From the NCBI GenBank assembly GCA_010093815.1, contig ML996566.1: 64,000 nucleotides of DNA; one strand, given 5' to 3'. The notes beneath the pieces are model-generated. The model worked only from the letters and a program-made list of their open reading frames with translations. It ran no database searches and was not told the DNA's origin. Shown in pieces: positions 25,465-39,015 of this stretch (the first letter of the stretch is position 1; each line of letters opens with the position of its first letter). The position numbers and the translations under genes were made by a program. This DNA is from Pseudovirgaria hyperparasitica (lineage: Eukaryota).

Positions 25465-27584
25465 TTATCTTGCGTGGGTACCATTCATGTCTGAGTCATG
25501 GGTGGTGAGGTGGTGGTGATGGTCGTCCCCGTCGTGGTGGAGGGTGACGCTATTGAATTCCTCGAAAGGATCGCTGATCTCACCACCGGGCGTTGTGAGT
25601 CCGGAATCAAGGGGTACACCCTTGACTTTTGCAGCCCCAATATCAACACTTTGGCTCTCTTTGACATTGCGAAAGTTCACCGTGTCAATACCACGGCCCT
25701 GGTGAGGGATCATTGGGGGCTTCATATGCCGCAAAAGGGCCCACTGAGTTTGGCGGAAGAATGGGTGGCCCTTGACATCAGACGCACCAGCTCGCGAGCC
25801 AAGCCGTCTCATCTCATCTTTTATCAGAAGCTTACGGATAAGAGATTTACAGAGACTAAGCTTCCGATTTAGCAAGTGATCGTCATGACTGTTATTTGTT
25901 TTACTTACTTTGAGATCGAGGGGGATCCGGAATTCTCTGGAAAGGGCACATCGTCTCTCAAAATATTTGAGAATGTGGCGTTGCGATGCTTGCCCTTGAA
26001 GGGTGTCGTTCCGTAAAGCATTTCGTAGATCAAGATACCCAAGGTCCACCAGTCAACAGCACTTGTGTGCCCGCAGCCTTTAATAACTTCTGGGGCAATA
26101 TATTCTTCTGTACCGACGAACGAGTTGGTCCTGAAGTTTGCAATGCAAGACTTTGTATCTATAGCTGGCAGGTTACTAGACGATGTCGCGCCCCTTCCAG
26201 TAACGACCATGGTCGGCTTGCCACCTGGGTCTGACTGTTTCGATAGATCGAAGTCTGACAACATGATGTGACCGGATTGATGAAGAAGGATATCTATGAA
26301 TCTCAGCTACCACTTGGCACGACGTTAATTACGAAACTTACTCTCTGGCTTCAAATCCCTGTATATAAAACCCATAAGATGGAGATACTCAAGGGCAGCG
26401 GTGACTTCGGCAGCGTAGAACCTCGCAGCATCTTCGTCGACACATTTATTCGGTCGCGTTTGAAGGGCTCGGAAGAACTCCCCACCACTACAATATTCCA
26501 TGCAGAGATAGAGGTGATCTTCGGATTGAAATGAGTGGTACAAGGTAACGATAAAGGGATGGTTGCTTGTAGCCAGAATTTCCTGCTCTGCCAAGGCGCG
26601 CTTGATCTTGTTCCTTTTGATCATTTCTTTCTTGCTTAACACTAGGAGTCGTTAGTGGAGTTCTCTGGACTGATACCTAAGTCACGCACCCTTCATAGCA
26701 TACAGTCTACTAGACTTTTTTTCTCTGACCAAGTACACTTTCCCTACATCCCCTTTGCCGATGAGCTTAATTTTGTCAAAGCTTGCGGGGCCGACCTCGA
26801 CATTTCGAACTTTGATTGAGTTTGAGCTATATGTCCTCCGGAAAGCGACGGCGTTTCGTATCTGTCCTGGCGCTGGAATAGAACCCTCAGTGCCCGGTGG
26901 AACAGGCAGAAGGTGCCCATTAGAAGTTGTAGCGGGTCTATCAATTAGACCCAAAGCAGCTGTATTCTCGTCTTCAATGAGAGGCTCTTTGCCGAGCTCG
27001 GCTGTCTGCGGTCTTCCATCTTTGTTGTCTTTGGAGAAGAAACCCTGGGCGTTTGGTGCAGATGCCACTCGCCTTAATTTTCGTGCCAATTCCTCTTTGC
27101 CCGCTAAGGTAGCTTGATCACTTGTACCATTGGCACTATCTGTGGTATTGGAATGTAGAGGTGGTGTGCTCGGAGGAGATGGGGGAACACTTCCAGCATT
27201 ATGATGACGTATCGCAGGAGGGCCTTGATGGGCAAAATACGGGTTGGCGTTCGCAGTAGGGGATAGCTCGTTGTCCAAGGCATTCCCTTCGCTGACGACA
27301 GTTGCAGATCGATTCCGACCGATATGGGGGAGGAACCGAGATTGACGGAAATTCAGTTTGCTCTCCGACTTTGGGGTGCTTTCAGCAGAGTGGACGCTTT
27401 CCTTGGTGTCATGGCTGCCGGAGCTGTTGATGCGAAAGAAGTTCTTGATCTTTTGAGAGACCTGACTATTCGTACCATTGACTTGCTTGTTCGACGAGAG
27501 CGGTCGGCCAGTGAAAGCGCGCTTTTCTGATTTTTCTGAATGGGCGCTTGACTGGGCGGACGATGAGCTGAAGAGCTGCGTCAT
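25465..27584 (-). CDS. nrc-2: AGC serine/threonine kinase Nrc-2/Kin82/Fpk1 family
   Basis: [57 protein letters not shown]; three short introns. Confidence 0.95.
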
Positions 27585-29247
27585 GGTAGCGAGAGACGTT
27601 CAGAATGAACGTTGATTATTTTGAATGCTGCACAAGCCGAATGTGATAGAATCGGGGAAGATGCAGTGAAGGTGATTCTGGCAAGCCGGTAAGAGTCTAC
27701 CAGTTACTGTGCCATGTCTCGGAGTCTCGGCAAGGCAATGGGCTTCAGCAGTGGCTAGCTGATGCCCGCAGATGGAATCGAGGTCGAGCAAAAGATAACG
27801 AAAGCTCTAGATGACAACGAAGGGATTGAAAGGAGAGAAGCGGTAGAGGGTTTACGATGGGAGTGAAGTTGGAAGGAGGTTGCGTCGGCGGATGCGAAGG
27901 TGGAGTCCAAGCAAGCTGAGAGGGTTGGAGCAAGAGAGTACGTAGGTTGGTTGATAGGTACCTTAGTAGGGACTAAGTAGGTAGGTAGCTGGGAGTAGCA
28001 GCGGCCCCGCAGCGAGGGAGACAAGCTTGCAGTGGTCGGGAGGCCAGTTGGATGATTTGAAAGCAGCTTCGCTAGCTGCTGCTAATTAGATGGATATCTT
28101 CCGCCGCCACGCTACTAAAAACAACTCACTTCTTGCCGCAGCAGCTTGCCTCACATATAATAATAATAATACATCCAGAAATGACTGGCGTGAGGCATTG
28201 CCATGACCGACTAGGCTCACTGATGCCCTGAGCTCCGAGCCCCGACCTAGCTCGAAGCCTTCTCAGGTGGAGGTATTGAGATCCCACTTGGCGCTTGTGC
28301 AATTGCATTCTAGTTCACAGAAATAATTAATATAAACAGGCCGCCGGAAATCGAACCGAGTTACTGCGTGGATGGTACTGGGATCAGTTGACAGTAATGT
28401 CCCCTCTGCTCCACTCTAGCCATGCTTCCCGATCACTCACTTCAATCCTTTGTCGACCATGATAGAATATCTGGAGGAAGGAAGCATGGCGCTATACTCG
28501 ATGTCTTGGCGTCGAGCGCCATATTCTTGTACCGCATCACATAGAGGTAGCAGCAGTGGTCCCATCTTCAGTGGGAGAGAGCAAACTTTTCTGCCACTCC
28601 TCTGTAAAGAAGACGACAATATGCCGACACAGCACCCAGGACTGGCAGCGGCTGGCCTAAAGGCACTGTGGAGCGTTCTGTAACTGGTAATGTTCCCGCT
28701 CTTTAATGATAATGGAACGTTACCCGCCACGTTGCCGGCTATTCATGGAACCATGGCGGGCGTCCTGGGGTTTGGAATCGGAACCTTGGACTATATCTCC
28801 ACGTTGTACTTGTATTGACCGTCTGCACCACATGTAACTTTGAGATTCCAGGCATGATATTTGATTGGCTACGTTTGCCCACAGTCCTTGCAAAGAGACG
28901 AACTTTGATCCAAGTCGGATCAGGAAGGAGTTTCTTCATATCGTGACCCCGTGTACATAAGGTATTGAATGAGTCAACTGATTCCTAGGCAGCGGTTCGG
29001 GTGGTCGGTTGAGCAGACAGTGCAAAATGTGGACTGGACGTGACTAGGTATCACGCACCATGCGCCATTGAGCATTTGCAAGAGAGCTGTCAGGAACCCG
29101 AGTGACGATATGCGAGCAGACGCAGGCGCCCGTTTGGCCATTTAAATAGTGCCTGCATGACCAGATTCGGTCTGATGCTAAATATACTATAGATGCCACT
29201 GTCACAATCCCCTTCACATAGGGTTTTACTGGCGCTTGGCACTTCTA

Positions 29248-30306
29248 TCAGAATAGCTTGATCCTTCGGCTTCTCCCCACCCTCTGAACCCACATCTTCT
29301 GGCTGTCGTGTATTTCTGCTGGTATCAGCCTTCTCTTTGCCCGATCCTTTCTGACCCTCACCGGCATGTCTGGATATGCCGCCTGCTCCTCCTTCGCCAA
29401 CCTCGATTCCTCTTCTATAATTGCCTTCAACCTGTCCCTATGCGCCATATGTCTCGAATGGAATGCGGCCAGTTCCTGAACGAGTAGGTGATCATAATGG
29501 CGCATGACTTTGTTATATTGGATATTGTCGAAAGGATCTGTACTCCGCAGCCCACTTATTTGTCGTAGATTATGCTCCCATAAGTCCTCTTGTTCAGCGA
29601 GCGGGATATGCCAATCTCGTAGCGCAATCCGCGTGTTGATGATCTCTAATTTGTACAATTGTTGGTACCTTATTGCGCGCGAAAGACTAGGTGGCTGCGG
29701 TTTTTTGAATTGAATGAACGTGAGCATATCGGACCCGGCTGCAACTAGGGTGGGAACATTGCGCGGGCCGTTGAAAGATTCGAAGGGTCGTGGGCGCACA
29801 TCGTGTTCTTGTTGGCCTTTGGGAAGGGGTGCCCTCGGTTGAACAGACTTAGCTAAATCTTTGACTTTTTTAGGTTTCTGGAGCATGGGAGTCTTCAGCT
29901 TGGGGTGGATTTTCTCGATAAGTTGTAATGTGCTGTCAATGGCAGCAGGGCAGCCTGAACTGGCCGCATCGAGGCGATCGAGGCCCTGAGAGTGGCGGTC
30001 AGACCGTACGTCTGTGAGAGCTCATGTACGTATTCACATACCTCATAACCAGCCAAGAAAGCATATCTCAGTTGATGATTACTGTTGGCTTTCTTGTTCT
30101 TTCGGAAACCATGTCGCACGACGTGTTGTAAAGCGATACGATCAAGCTCAGGAATAGGAGCCGCTCTGCATTGTTTCAGAAGTGCTCGAAAGAGAGCGAT
30201 TACTGTAGGGTCTTTAGTTTCTTAGGTAAGGATGTGCATTCGACTTACCCGCTGAACGATGTTCACCAGACTGGCAGAACTGTATGTAGCTAGGCATGGA
30301 AGGCAT
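29248..30306 (-). CDS. LYR-motif-like, probably mitochondrial protein
   Basis: Spliced model MPSMPSYIQF...HRSA|VIALFRALLKQC...GFRKNK...AGYE|GLDRL...KPQPPSLSRAIR; introns ~30203-30248 and ~29986-30041. Confidence 0.7.
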
Positions 30307-30752
30307 TCGCCATGGCCTGGTCAACTTGAGCAATGGAAGGCAGCTAACGCGATTATATGGATGGAGTTGAGGAAAGACTAAGAAGAGGGAAAGGGCTCGG
30401 TGATCCGAACAATCTCCGACTCCGTAGATGGATGGATTATGCCTGAGTGACGCTGTACGCTTTGTATTGGATGTTTGTTCCGTCATCGCAAAGTACCATT
30501 TATGACCCGAGAATCGCTATGAATGTGCCGATCATGCTGGTAAGAATGATTTTGATCATGGTTGTCTGTGCGATTCTCAAGCATCTTCACAAAACACCAC
30601 GTAAATGCAACAGGTCCATTCGACCATTCACGTTTATATAGGCTTCCTTCGCATGTCCAGCAGGCGTGTAATATTCTTGCGACTCTCATGGTACTCATGA
30701 CCCGCTGCACCCATCATGTTTGTATCTAACAACCCCAACTGTACTGTGTAAA

Positions 30753-31386
30753 TCAAGTGTAGGTGGTATTTTCCGGCGGTTGTGGTAGTTTCTTGTGTTG
30801 TGGAAGGGCCATGAACCTATGGTTTGATCAGCATCCCTGGAACTTGTGGCTAGAGATAAATTGATTACCTTCGAAGCTCGATCAATATGGTTTCCATGGT
30901 GAACTCGCGCTTCCATTGTATGAGGCATGGCAATCTTGACGGATCGACCTGTGTCATTCTTAGCATTCCATACTCTTGCTCTTGCAGACAATATCCAACC
31001 TTTCCATTTCGCTGGTCGACACAGGGAAGGTTGATCTTCGAGATGAAAGAAATCTCAGGAGGGACATCAGGGTAGTTCGGGCCGCAGTGGATTTTCAAGC
31101 TGTAGATGCGGTTCTCGTGTACGCTCTGGCATGCTTGGGTCAATGTAAACTAAGCTATGGATCAATATATATCTTACGTGTGGTGGTCCAAGAATAGTTC
31201 CATTCCAGTTTGACATCAGAAGGTCGTCGCTCTCATCAAGCCCATAGGAGCAGGCCTCTTACTTCGCGTAAGCGATTAACCCTAGAGCATGGGGTCATTC
31301 TTATCGTTGTTACCTGCACCAAGACCCTTCTCGCCTTTCTCTAACTCTTCCAGAAGCCTGAAGTTCCTGGGGACTTTTGCTGCCAT
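30753..31386 (-). CDS. mms2: Ubiquitin-conjugating enzyme variant Mms2/UEV
   Basis: MAAKVPRNFRLLEELEKGEKG, WNGTILGPPHSVHENRIYSL, KKLPQPPE; four introns. Confidence 0.96.
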
Positions 31387-31810
31387 TATGGATGGCGGGG
31401 TGACGATAGTGGGGCAGTCACAAAGAAGGTTTCAAAACGTGATCCGTCCACAACTTACAGCCGGTCAGAAGAAGAGTATGATTTCGACTTTAGATACTGT
31501 CAAGTGTGTTGCTATGATAAGTTTGAGGAAGGCGTCAATCATCAACAGCAATGTGACCGGTGAGAGCTGCAACTGAGAAAGCACCGTGACGCTGTCCGAT
31601 CTCAGACTGGAAAGAGTGTGCACGGACCTCCGTTGTTTCTGGCACCAAGAAGGGCAACGTAAGCATTCCATCAAACATCACGAATGTAACAAATCATGCA
31701 CTCCTTTTCCAGCCCTTGTATGCAACGTTGATCCTCGTTATGCCCACGTATAGTAGCTAGACATCATTCTTTAAGGCTGGCATACTGTTGTTTTCTCTGA
31801 AAACTATAGC

Positions 31811-34800
31811 ATGACCGCCCAACTCCTGACTTCGGAGCTCACCAACCTCATACAAGACGCGAAGAGGAAAAATCCTGATCTGAAAAATGTGAGAAGTATC
31901 GTAGTCAGAGTGCTGTACTCACTAACGCGGGAACGGCCAGGCAGCCGAAAAATCTTTACAGGAACTCAAGTCACTTCATGTCACCTCTGAAGAACAGTTG
32001 ACTGCTGGTCTGTGATGATCCTTCTCATAATATAAACTGTTGCTGACTACGAGAGAGATCTTGTCCGTCGCCCTCAGTTCATAGAGCCATTTCTCATTGC
32101 CTGCGGAACCCATAACTCCAAATTCGCTAGCCCAGGAGCGGTATGCCTGCAAAGGCTCTCCGTTTCTCGTGGTATCCCAAAAGAGCGCTTACGAGATGTC
32201 CTCCAGGCACTACAGCAGTGCATCTCTCTCAGTATGTGCTATGCTGAATCAGTATCACATTGATCGCTGACTAGTTAGGCCTGGATGTCCAACTGAAGGT
32301 TCTTCAAACATTGCCATCCCTCCTTGCAAATTACTCAAGTGAATTGAGAGGCGAATTGCTAGCAGCAACTTTAACCATATGCTCTTCGCTCCAAGCCGTG
32401 AAAACTCCCGCAGTCAGTAGTACTGCAGTAGCTACACTCCAGCAGCTTGTGAGCTCGGTGTTCGACAAGGTATCCGATGAAGATGGTACGTGGCAAGTTC
32501 TGCATTACTACTTGTTACTGATGACTCGATAGAAAAGGCCCTCGAAATTCCCGCTACCGTTGCAGTACCTATAAAGGATGGCTCCATGCCAGTCCGTCCT
32601 GCAGCTCACGATGCGTATTCTGTGGGTTATGTCCTATCGACCTGCATTCTGTCGCAGATGCTGATTGACCCAGATTTTCCATGATCTTTGCCTCATTGCA
32701 GAAGGTAACCAGCCAAAATATGTCCGCTTTAGTGTCGTGAATCAAGCGTCTGGTCTCGAACTCCTAGAGACAATTCTGTCAAATCATGGCTCTATTTTTT
32801 TGTCTCATCCTGAGCAAGGCCACCTCCTTTGCGTTTTAGTAATGCCGCTGGTTTACCGGTGCTTGAACGAAGGATTATCATTCCAGATTACGGTGAGAGC
32901 TTTTCGAATACTGCATGTCCTTCTCAGACAGCATCTCTCCATCTTGTCGACTGTAAGCGAAGAAGCCCTGATATCCGTTGTGCGTATGCTGGACGAGAGC
33001 ATGCCTTCCTGGAAAAGGGCACTTGCTTTGGAATTATTCCGCAGTATCCTATCTGATCAATTCCTCATCGTCGCTATCTATTCCACATACGATCAGGTAG
33101 AGGGTCGCAGTGACATAATCCGCGATAGCTTGAGCTCTTTCGTGCGCATGTCTACTGAAAAACCTTCACTCATAGGACTGGGACAGCAGTCTTCAGCTCC
33201 GTACATCAGCACAGAGCGATCTCAAGAAGACCATGCTGAACAAGCTGCCATGGAGGCGGGAGCTATAGGTGGTATGATAGGTAGTCCATCAGTCTCGACA
33301 AACAACACCGGTATCTCCGTTCAGTGGAGCACACTCAGAACAGCCTGCATTGATTACCTCGATAAAGCAGAACCACCTCCACTTCCAGAGACATATCTGT
33401 ACAGTTTGGTCCTTACATGCATCAATAATCTCTCGGAAAGCTTGGCCAGGTTCATTTTACCGCTAACAGTCCACATGGAGACGAAAAGCAGAAAGAAAAG
33501 CAGAGCGCAAGGGGTAGTAGACGAAGAAGCGCCCCTGGCTGATGATGCTGACATTAGTATCAAAAGTAAACGAAGAGTATCAAGAACTCAATCCTTCAGA
33601 AAAAAGACAGTCCCTGTCAACCCGCTTTCCCTGGGCAAACACAATGCTCTACCAAGGGTCAAGAGCATTGCAGATCTCGTTGAGACTTGCTGGCCAGCGG
33701 TGCTCGCCACGTGTTCAACCTTTCTGAACGCATCTCTGGACAATGACTATTACAGGGCGCTTGTTAGGTCTTTCCAAAAATTCACACAGGTCGCTGGGTT
33801 GCTTAGACTAGCTACTCCAAGAGATGCGCTCCTAACTACGCTTGGCAAAAATGCGGTTCCAGCAAACGTGCTCACTGCTGGCGTTATATCGCCCAAGACC
33901 GGACAGAGCGATGGCAGTGGCATGTCAATTGGTACTAGAGGATTACTGAGCGTCGACAGCATTGTTAGTCAGGCTTCCTCCCTGTCTTTCGATCGAGTAC
34001 GACGCGGGTCAGTGGACGTTTCAGCCCCTCAACCGTCGTTGAATGCACGGAATCTCTTGTGTTTGCGGGCCTTGTTGAATCTTGCTATTGCACTAGGACC
34101 GACTCTAGAGACAGCATGGAGTATCGTATTTGAGACTCTTCAGCAAGCAGACCTCATCTTGGCAGCTTCATCCGGCAAGGGAGACTCTCGCGATCATCGC
34201 TCTACTCAAGGTTCGGGCCCATTGCCAAATATAGCGGAGACCAGCATACAAGACGTTAGCACAGAGGCTACAGCTGTGCAGGCCGCTGCTTCTAGGCTTT
34301 TTGAAAGCACCGTTGACTTTCCCAACGAAGCATTCATAACGGTAGTCCAAGCTCTCTGTCGACAATTGCGCGCTATACCCAGATCTTTTCTACCAGGAGG
34401 TCCTACCCCAGGGCAAAAACCTAGTCATCCACGACGTGTAGGCAGCGTGACTGGCATTACCCTCAATACAGATTCTGGTGCTCAAGAATATGTGTTTGCG
34501 CTTGGAAAAATTGGGGATCTTGCAGCGATGAATCTTCACAGATTGACACATTATAGTGCATCTGAAAGTGGGTGGGACATTCTAGTTGAGGAGCTAAACT
34601 TGATCACGAAGAACCATAGCATACCCCCAAAAGCACGCCGAATGAGTGCGGACATTGTTGGTCAAATCGGGCAGGACATGGCGAAACTTTCAATGTCTGA
34701 GGAGCTAGATGTACGCAAGCACGTGCAAAGCACGTTTTTGGATGCTCTGCTGTCGCAAATATCCTCACTGTATCAAGACCGGGATATCATCAAATCCGAC

Positions 34801-37233
34801 GATATCGACGATGTTACTATGGACATTCATGATATCGCACTTCAAGCTCTGAGATCGATGCTGGAACAGTGTGGCGAATCGCTCACCACGGGATGGGGTT
34901 CTGTCTTTGCTATCCTTCGCAGTGTTTTCATATACACTGGATCTCAATCATCTCAAGTCGCGGTCGAAGATCATATAGATTCTGAAGAGGGATATGAACT
35001 ATCCAGTCCGCGTAAGCCACCGACAAATGTCTATCAAACATCATCTACGATCTCAAGACGGCTGGCTCGCTCTGCATTCGACTCTGTCCAGCTAATCTGC
35101 TCTGACTTCTTGATCAACATCCCAACCGAAGTTGCGACGGTATTGTTGGAGCTCATATTGAAGTTCACATCACAAGACCAAGATTTGAACATGTCCTTGA
35201 CTGTAAGTTGAAAAGACTATCATTAAGTGTGAGACTCATTCGCATAGACCATAACTTTCCTCTGGAATGTATCAGACAATTTAAATCACAAGACACAGAA
35301 GATAGATCTGGAAGATATGTCTTCTACCAGAACAAACGAGCTCGAACTCGCGCAACTCATCAGCGAGCGAGCGAGAGATGGCTCCGTATCCGCATTATGG
35401 CTGCTGGTACTGGTCCAGCTTTCGGCCGTCAGCATTGATCAACGCATCGAAGTACGCAACGGAGCCATCCAGACGATCCTCAGGATCTTCGAAAATACTG
35501 GTGATGAGTTACTTCCGAACGGATGGCGATTATGCCTGCATGCTGTCCTTTTCAGGCTCGTTACGTCAAATCTAATCATTCAAGAGTCTCTTTCTGCTAC
35601 AGACAGCACTCTACACATAGAGCGTATGAGAGCATGGGATGAGACTTCTGGAGTCGTTTTATCTGTCGTATCCAATCTCTTTGCCTCCAATCTAGATTTG
35701 ATTATGCAAGTGGAAACAGTTGATGATATCTGGCAGGTTCTCATAGGGCTTTGGCGCCGGTATCTAGCCATAGGATCTCATAGCTTGAGCACTTCGACAT
35801 ACACAGCTATCGGTAGTATACTCTCCAAGGTCCATGACAGAGATGCTATTGGTAGTAGAGCTAGCCAGCTTGTCTCAAGCCTCTTGATAAACAATTTCCC
35901 CGAAGAGATCAGAGTCATGGAGACGGCAGATTCCAATCAGGAAGCATATAATGCATATGCAAAGACATTCGGAGAAGTCTATCGACTAGTGTCGGCTGAT
36001 CTGAGTTTAGACATAGTTCGCCAAGCTCTTAGGAATTTTCGGCGTCTTGCCGAACAGTCTATTGCTGCCCCGTATTCCTCTGATGTCGAGTATCCTACAT
36101 CATTGCAGAAAAGCATGATTGAATGTCTCTCGAATGTGGACTCCGAGTTGGCGGGTGTACCTTCAGCTCTACTCACACTCTACAGTGATCTCATCATGCT
36201 ACCATATAGGAAAGCAAAGGGTGAAATAGCGCCGAAGGGCCCGACATATGTCGCGCTATCCAAGGCTGCGATGAAACTATCAGTGAGAGTGACCCTTCGT
36301 CATGTCGCTTTCGACGAGATTTACACCTCAGGTGCCATATCAAAGGTACTCGATAGTTTCGCCTTAGCTATAAGTCAGAAGTACAAATGGAAACTGGAAG
36401 GGAAGACATCCACAACATGGCAGACAGCGACGAAAAGCGCGCTCACAGTTCTGGAGTCGATCCTTGATCATCTACGCGAAACTCCCCTTGACCTGGATAT
36501 CATGAGACTCATATGGGGAAAGGTTGTAATTATTGCTGAGCACATCGCTCACGCAGATCTCGCTGCAGCTTCGCCGACCTCACCCCTAGTGGCCGATGAG
36601 GAATTTGACATATCTTCGCTGGAGAATCTTCAGAGGCTGATCATACCTTCTCTCGGCTCCAGCAAGACATTAGAGGCGTCTCGCCGTGCTTACACCTCGA
36701 GTCTTTTCCGCAGTTCTCTCATCCACGCTACGGAGGCTGGCGAGATCCCAGATCTAGACGGAGGGCCACTTCAAGGGTTGTACACGATTCGTTTCGGACG
36801 GACATACGATCCGCATCCTTCACCTCGTACCAAGATGTCCCTCTTCTGTCTTTCCGAGCTCATTGCCCTTGTCACAGCGAAAGATGGCTCAGCAGAACAC
36901 GTCAAGCTAGCCCAAGCAGCAGCCCCATATCTCATCCTACGGGCGGCGCTACCCATAAAACGGTATATTGCAGATCAGCCGCTACGTGGAAAGATGCCCC
37001 AGCCGGAGAGCCAACGACAGGAACTGTTGTTTGTGCTACAGGCAATGAAGGACTTGGAGTCTGAGCCCAAAGCCATTCCAGATGCTGAGGGGATAAGCTC
37101 GACGACCAAGAAGCACCTACATAGGCTATTTCCACTCGTCACAAAGGCAATTATAGTCGCAGAGCGCGACGCGGAGATTCTAAGAGCGTTGACGGACTTG
37201 TTAGAAGTTGTTAGTGATGGATTTGGCATGTAG
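31811..37233 (+). CDS. mon2: Mon2/Ysl2 endosomal/Golgi peripheral membrane protein
   Basis: ELTNLIQDAKRKNPDLKNAAEKSL, LDVQLKVLQTLPSL, WKRALALE, LDKAEPP, PRDALLTTLGK, DQPLRGKMPQP; six short introns. Confidence 0.93.
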
Positions 37234-37666
37234 ACAAACACGCTCAGAAGGCCAATAGCAAAACGTTGAAAAGCAATAAACGCCTCGGCCGCCCTTCCAC
37301 TCGCGCGTATTGAATGTGCGTAGATCTCGATTGTCGCGTAGGAATACACCATTCTCGATGCCCCACATGCGTGTTACTTTGCAAACGTTCACTCAATGCG
37401 TGCGCGGTGCGAGATAAACACGCTCCCCTGCAAGCGTGTTCATACGGGCTATTCTGCCATAAACAGCTAGCGCAAGACGTGACACCATACTCAACCAATC
37501 GCGCGTCACATCATTAGCCGAATGCATGCGTCAACATCAACCCTCTATCCCGGTAGACCATCTACATAGTAAGTGTCACGGGCAGTGCACAAGCATCAGA
37601 TTTACAGGCAGAAAAACAAAATAAAGAAGAACTGGAGGGGACAAGTCAGATTGAACGGCGACGATA

Positions 37667-38332
37667 ATGTCGCTGGACGATCACTACCCAACATCATGTC
37701 CGTTCTGCGGCATCGCATCCGCATACCCTGCACCGCCATCATCGGCCTCAACATCCACATCACTTGCCCAATGCATTCCAACGGAAGAAGCATCCTCACC
37801 AGACGAACTTACGCCCGCCGCTTTCGTCGTCTTCTCTGCGCCTGAGGTAATCGCCTTCCTCGACATCATGCCCATGGCACGTGGACACCTGCTTGTGGCG
37901 ACGCGACGGCACGTGGAGAAGGTAGGGCAGTTGGATGCTGCGAGTGCCGGAGAAATTGGTATGTAAGCTCTTTCTCGACTGTATCGCTGGGAATTGTGTG
38001 GATGCGTGTGTGATGTTTGATTAATACTGGATGTAGGCCGCATTCTTCCCCTTCTCAGCACTTCATTGATTGCGACTGTGTCTTGCACAGACTATAACAT
38101 TGTGCAGAATAATGGTGCTGCTGCTGCGCAGATTGTGCCGCATATTCATTTCCATATCATACCGCGAAATGCGTCCACACATGTCCCAGAGATGCAGGCG
38201 AGAAGCTGGACTATGTTCGGGAGGGGTCAGAGGGCAGAGTTGGATGAGGAGGACGGGACGGTGTTGGCAAGGCAGATTAGAGAGAGGCTGAGAGAGGAAG
38301 TGAGGAGAACAGAGCAAAAGGGGAAGTTATGA
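37667..38332 (+). CDS. HIT (histidine triad) family protein
   Basis: CPFC, AFLDIMPMARGHLLV, NIVQNNG...QIVPHIHFHIIPR; intron ~37959-38036. Confidence 0.92.
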
Positions 38333-39015
38333 GAATGCTAAGGGGAGATTCGGGTCGTAGACAATGCACTGTATATGATGCACCTGTTTCCAGATGCGTA
38401 AAGGACCATGCGAATGGGTTACCACTCGAATATATCGCAATACGGGACAGAACATGAGACAATGAATAATCGCAGAATCCCTTTCATTATACCGAGAAGT
38501 CACTTGCCAGCATGTCGCGACCACGGAACTATGCACCGTACCCCATCCTCATGCAACAAAGTCTATCTAAAGGTGCTGAGAAGAAAGACGCAGAAAATAC
38601 AGTACTGAGATCATGCCTAGGTAGAATCCCTAGCGGAACTTCTCAACCGGTCTCAGAAAAGATGTGCCTGCGCGTGAGCTTCTTTGATCCAAAAACAGGC
38701 GTAGAAGATGAAGGGATTGCAGCGGTACGAATGGTATGCGCGTAGACCGCCGAGGCTGGTGGTCAATGATTGAGCTATAGACATGAGGTTCTTGGTGAGT
38801 TGCTGCCGTTCGTATCCAGGCCACGCGGGAAACGGAAAGTGATGTGTAGAACGTGAAATAACAAAGCCATTATGTCGGTCGCCCTTAAACGCCGTTACGC
38901 CTAGTCGTAAATCGATGAATGAGTCTTACGCCACGCCTATGCTTGCATTGCCACGCCAACTGTACCGCTGCACCAAGGACGCTTGGCGTAGCACTCAGAG
39001 GACACATAGCCAGAC

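Noticed and set aside
25905..26264. DFD instead of DFG in the kinase
   Set aside because: This is normal for the Nrc-2/Kin82/phototropin-like AGC subfamily.
12161..31386. SprT protease and mms2 as a DNA-damage-tolerance cluster
   Set aside because: They are about 17 kb apart with unrelated genes between; coincidence is sufficient.
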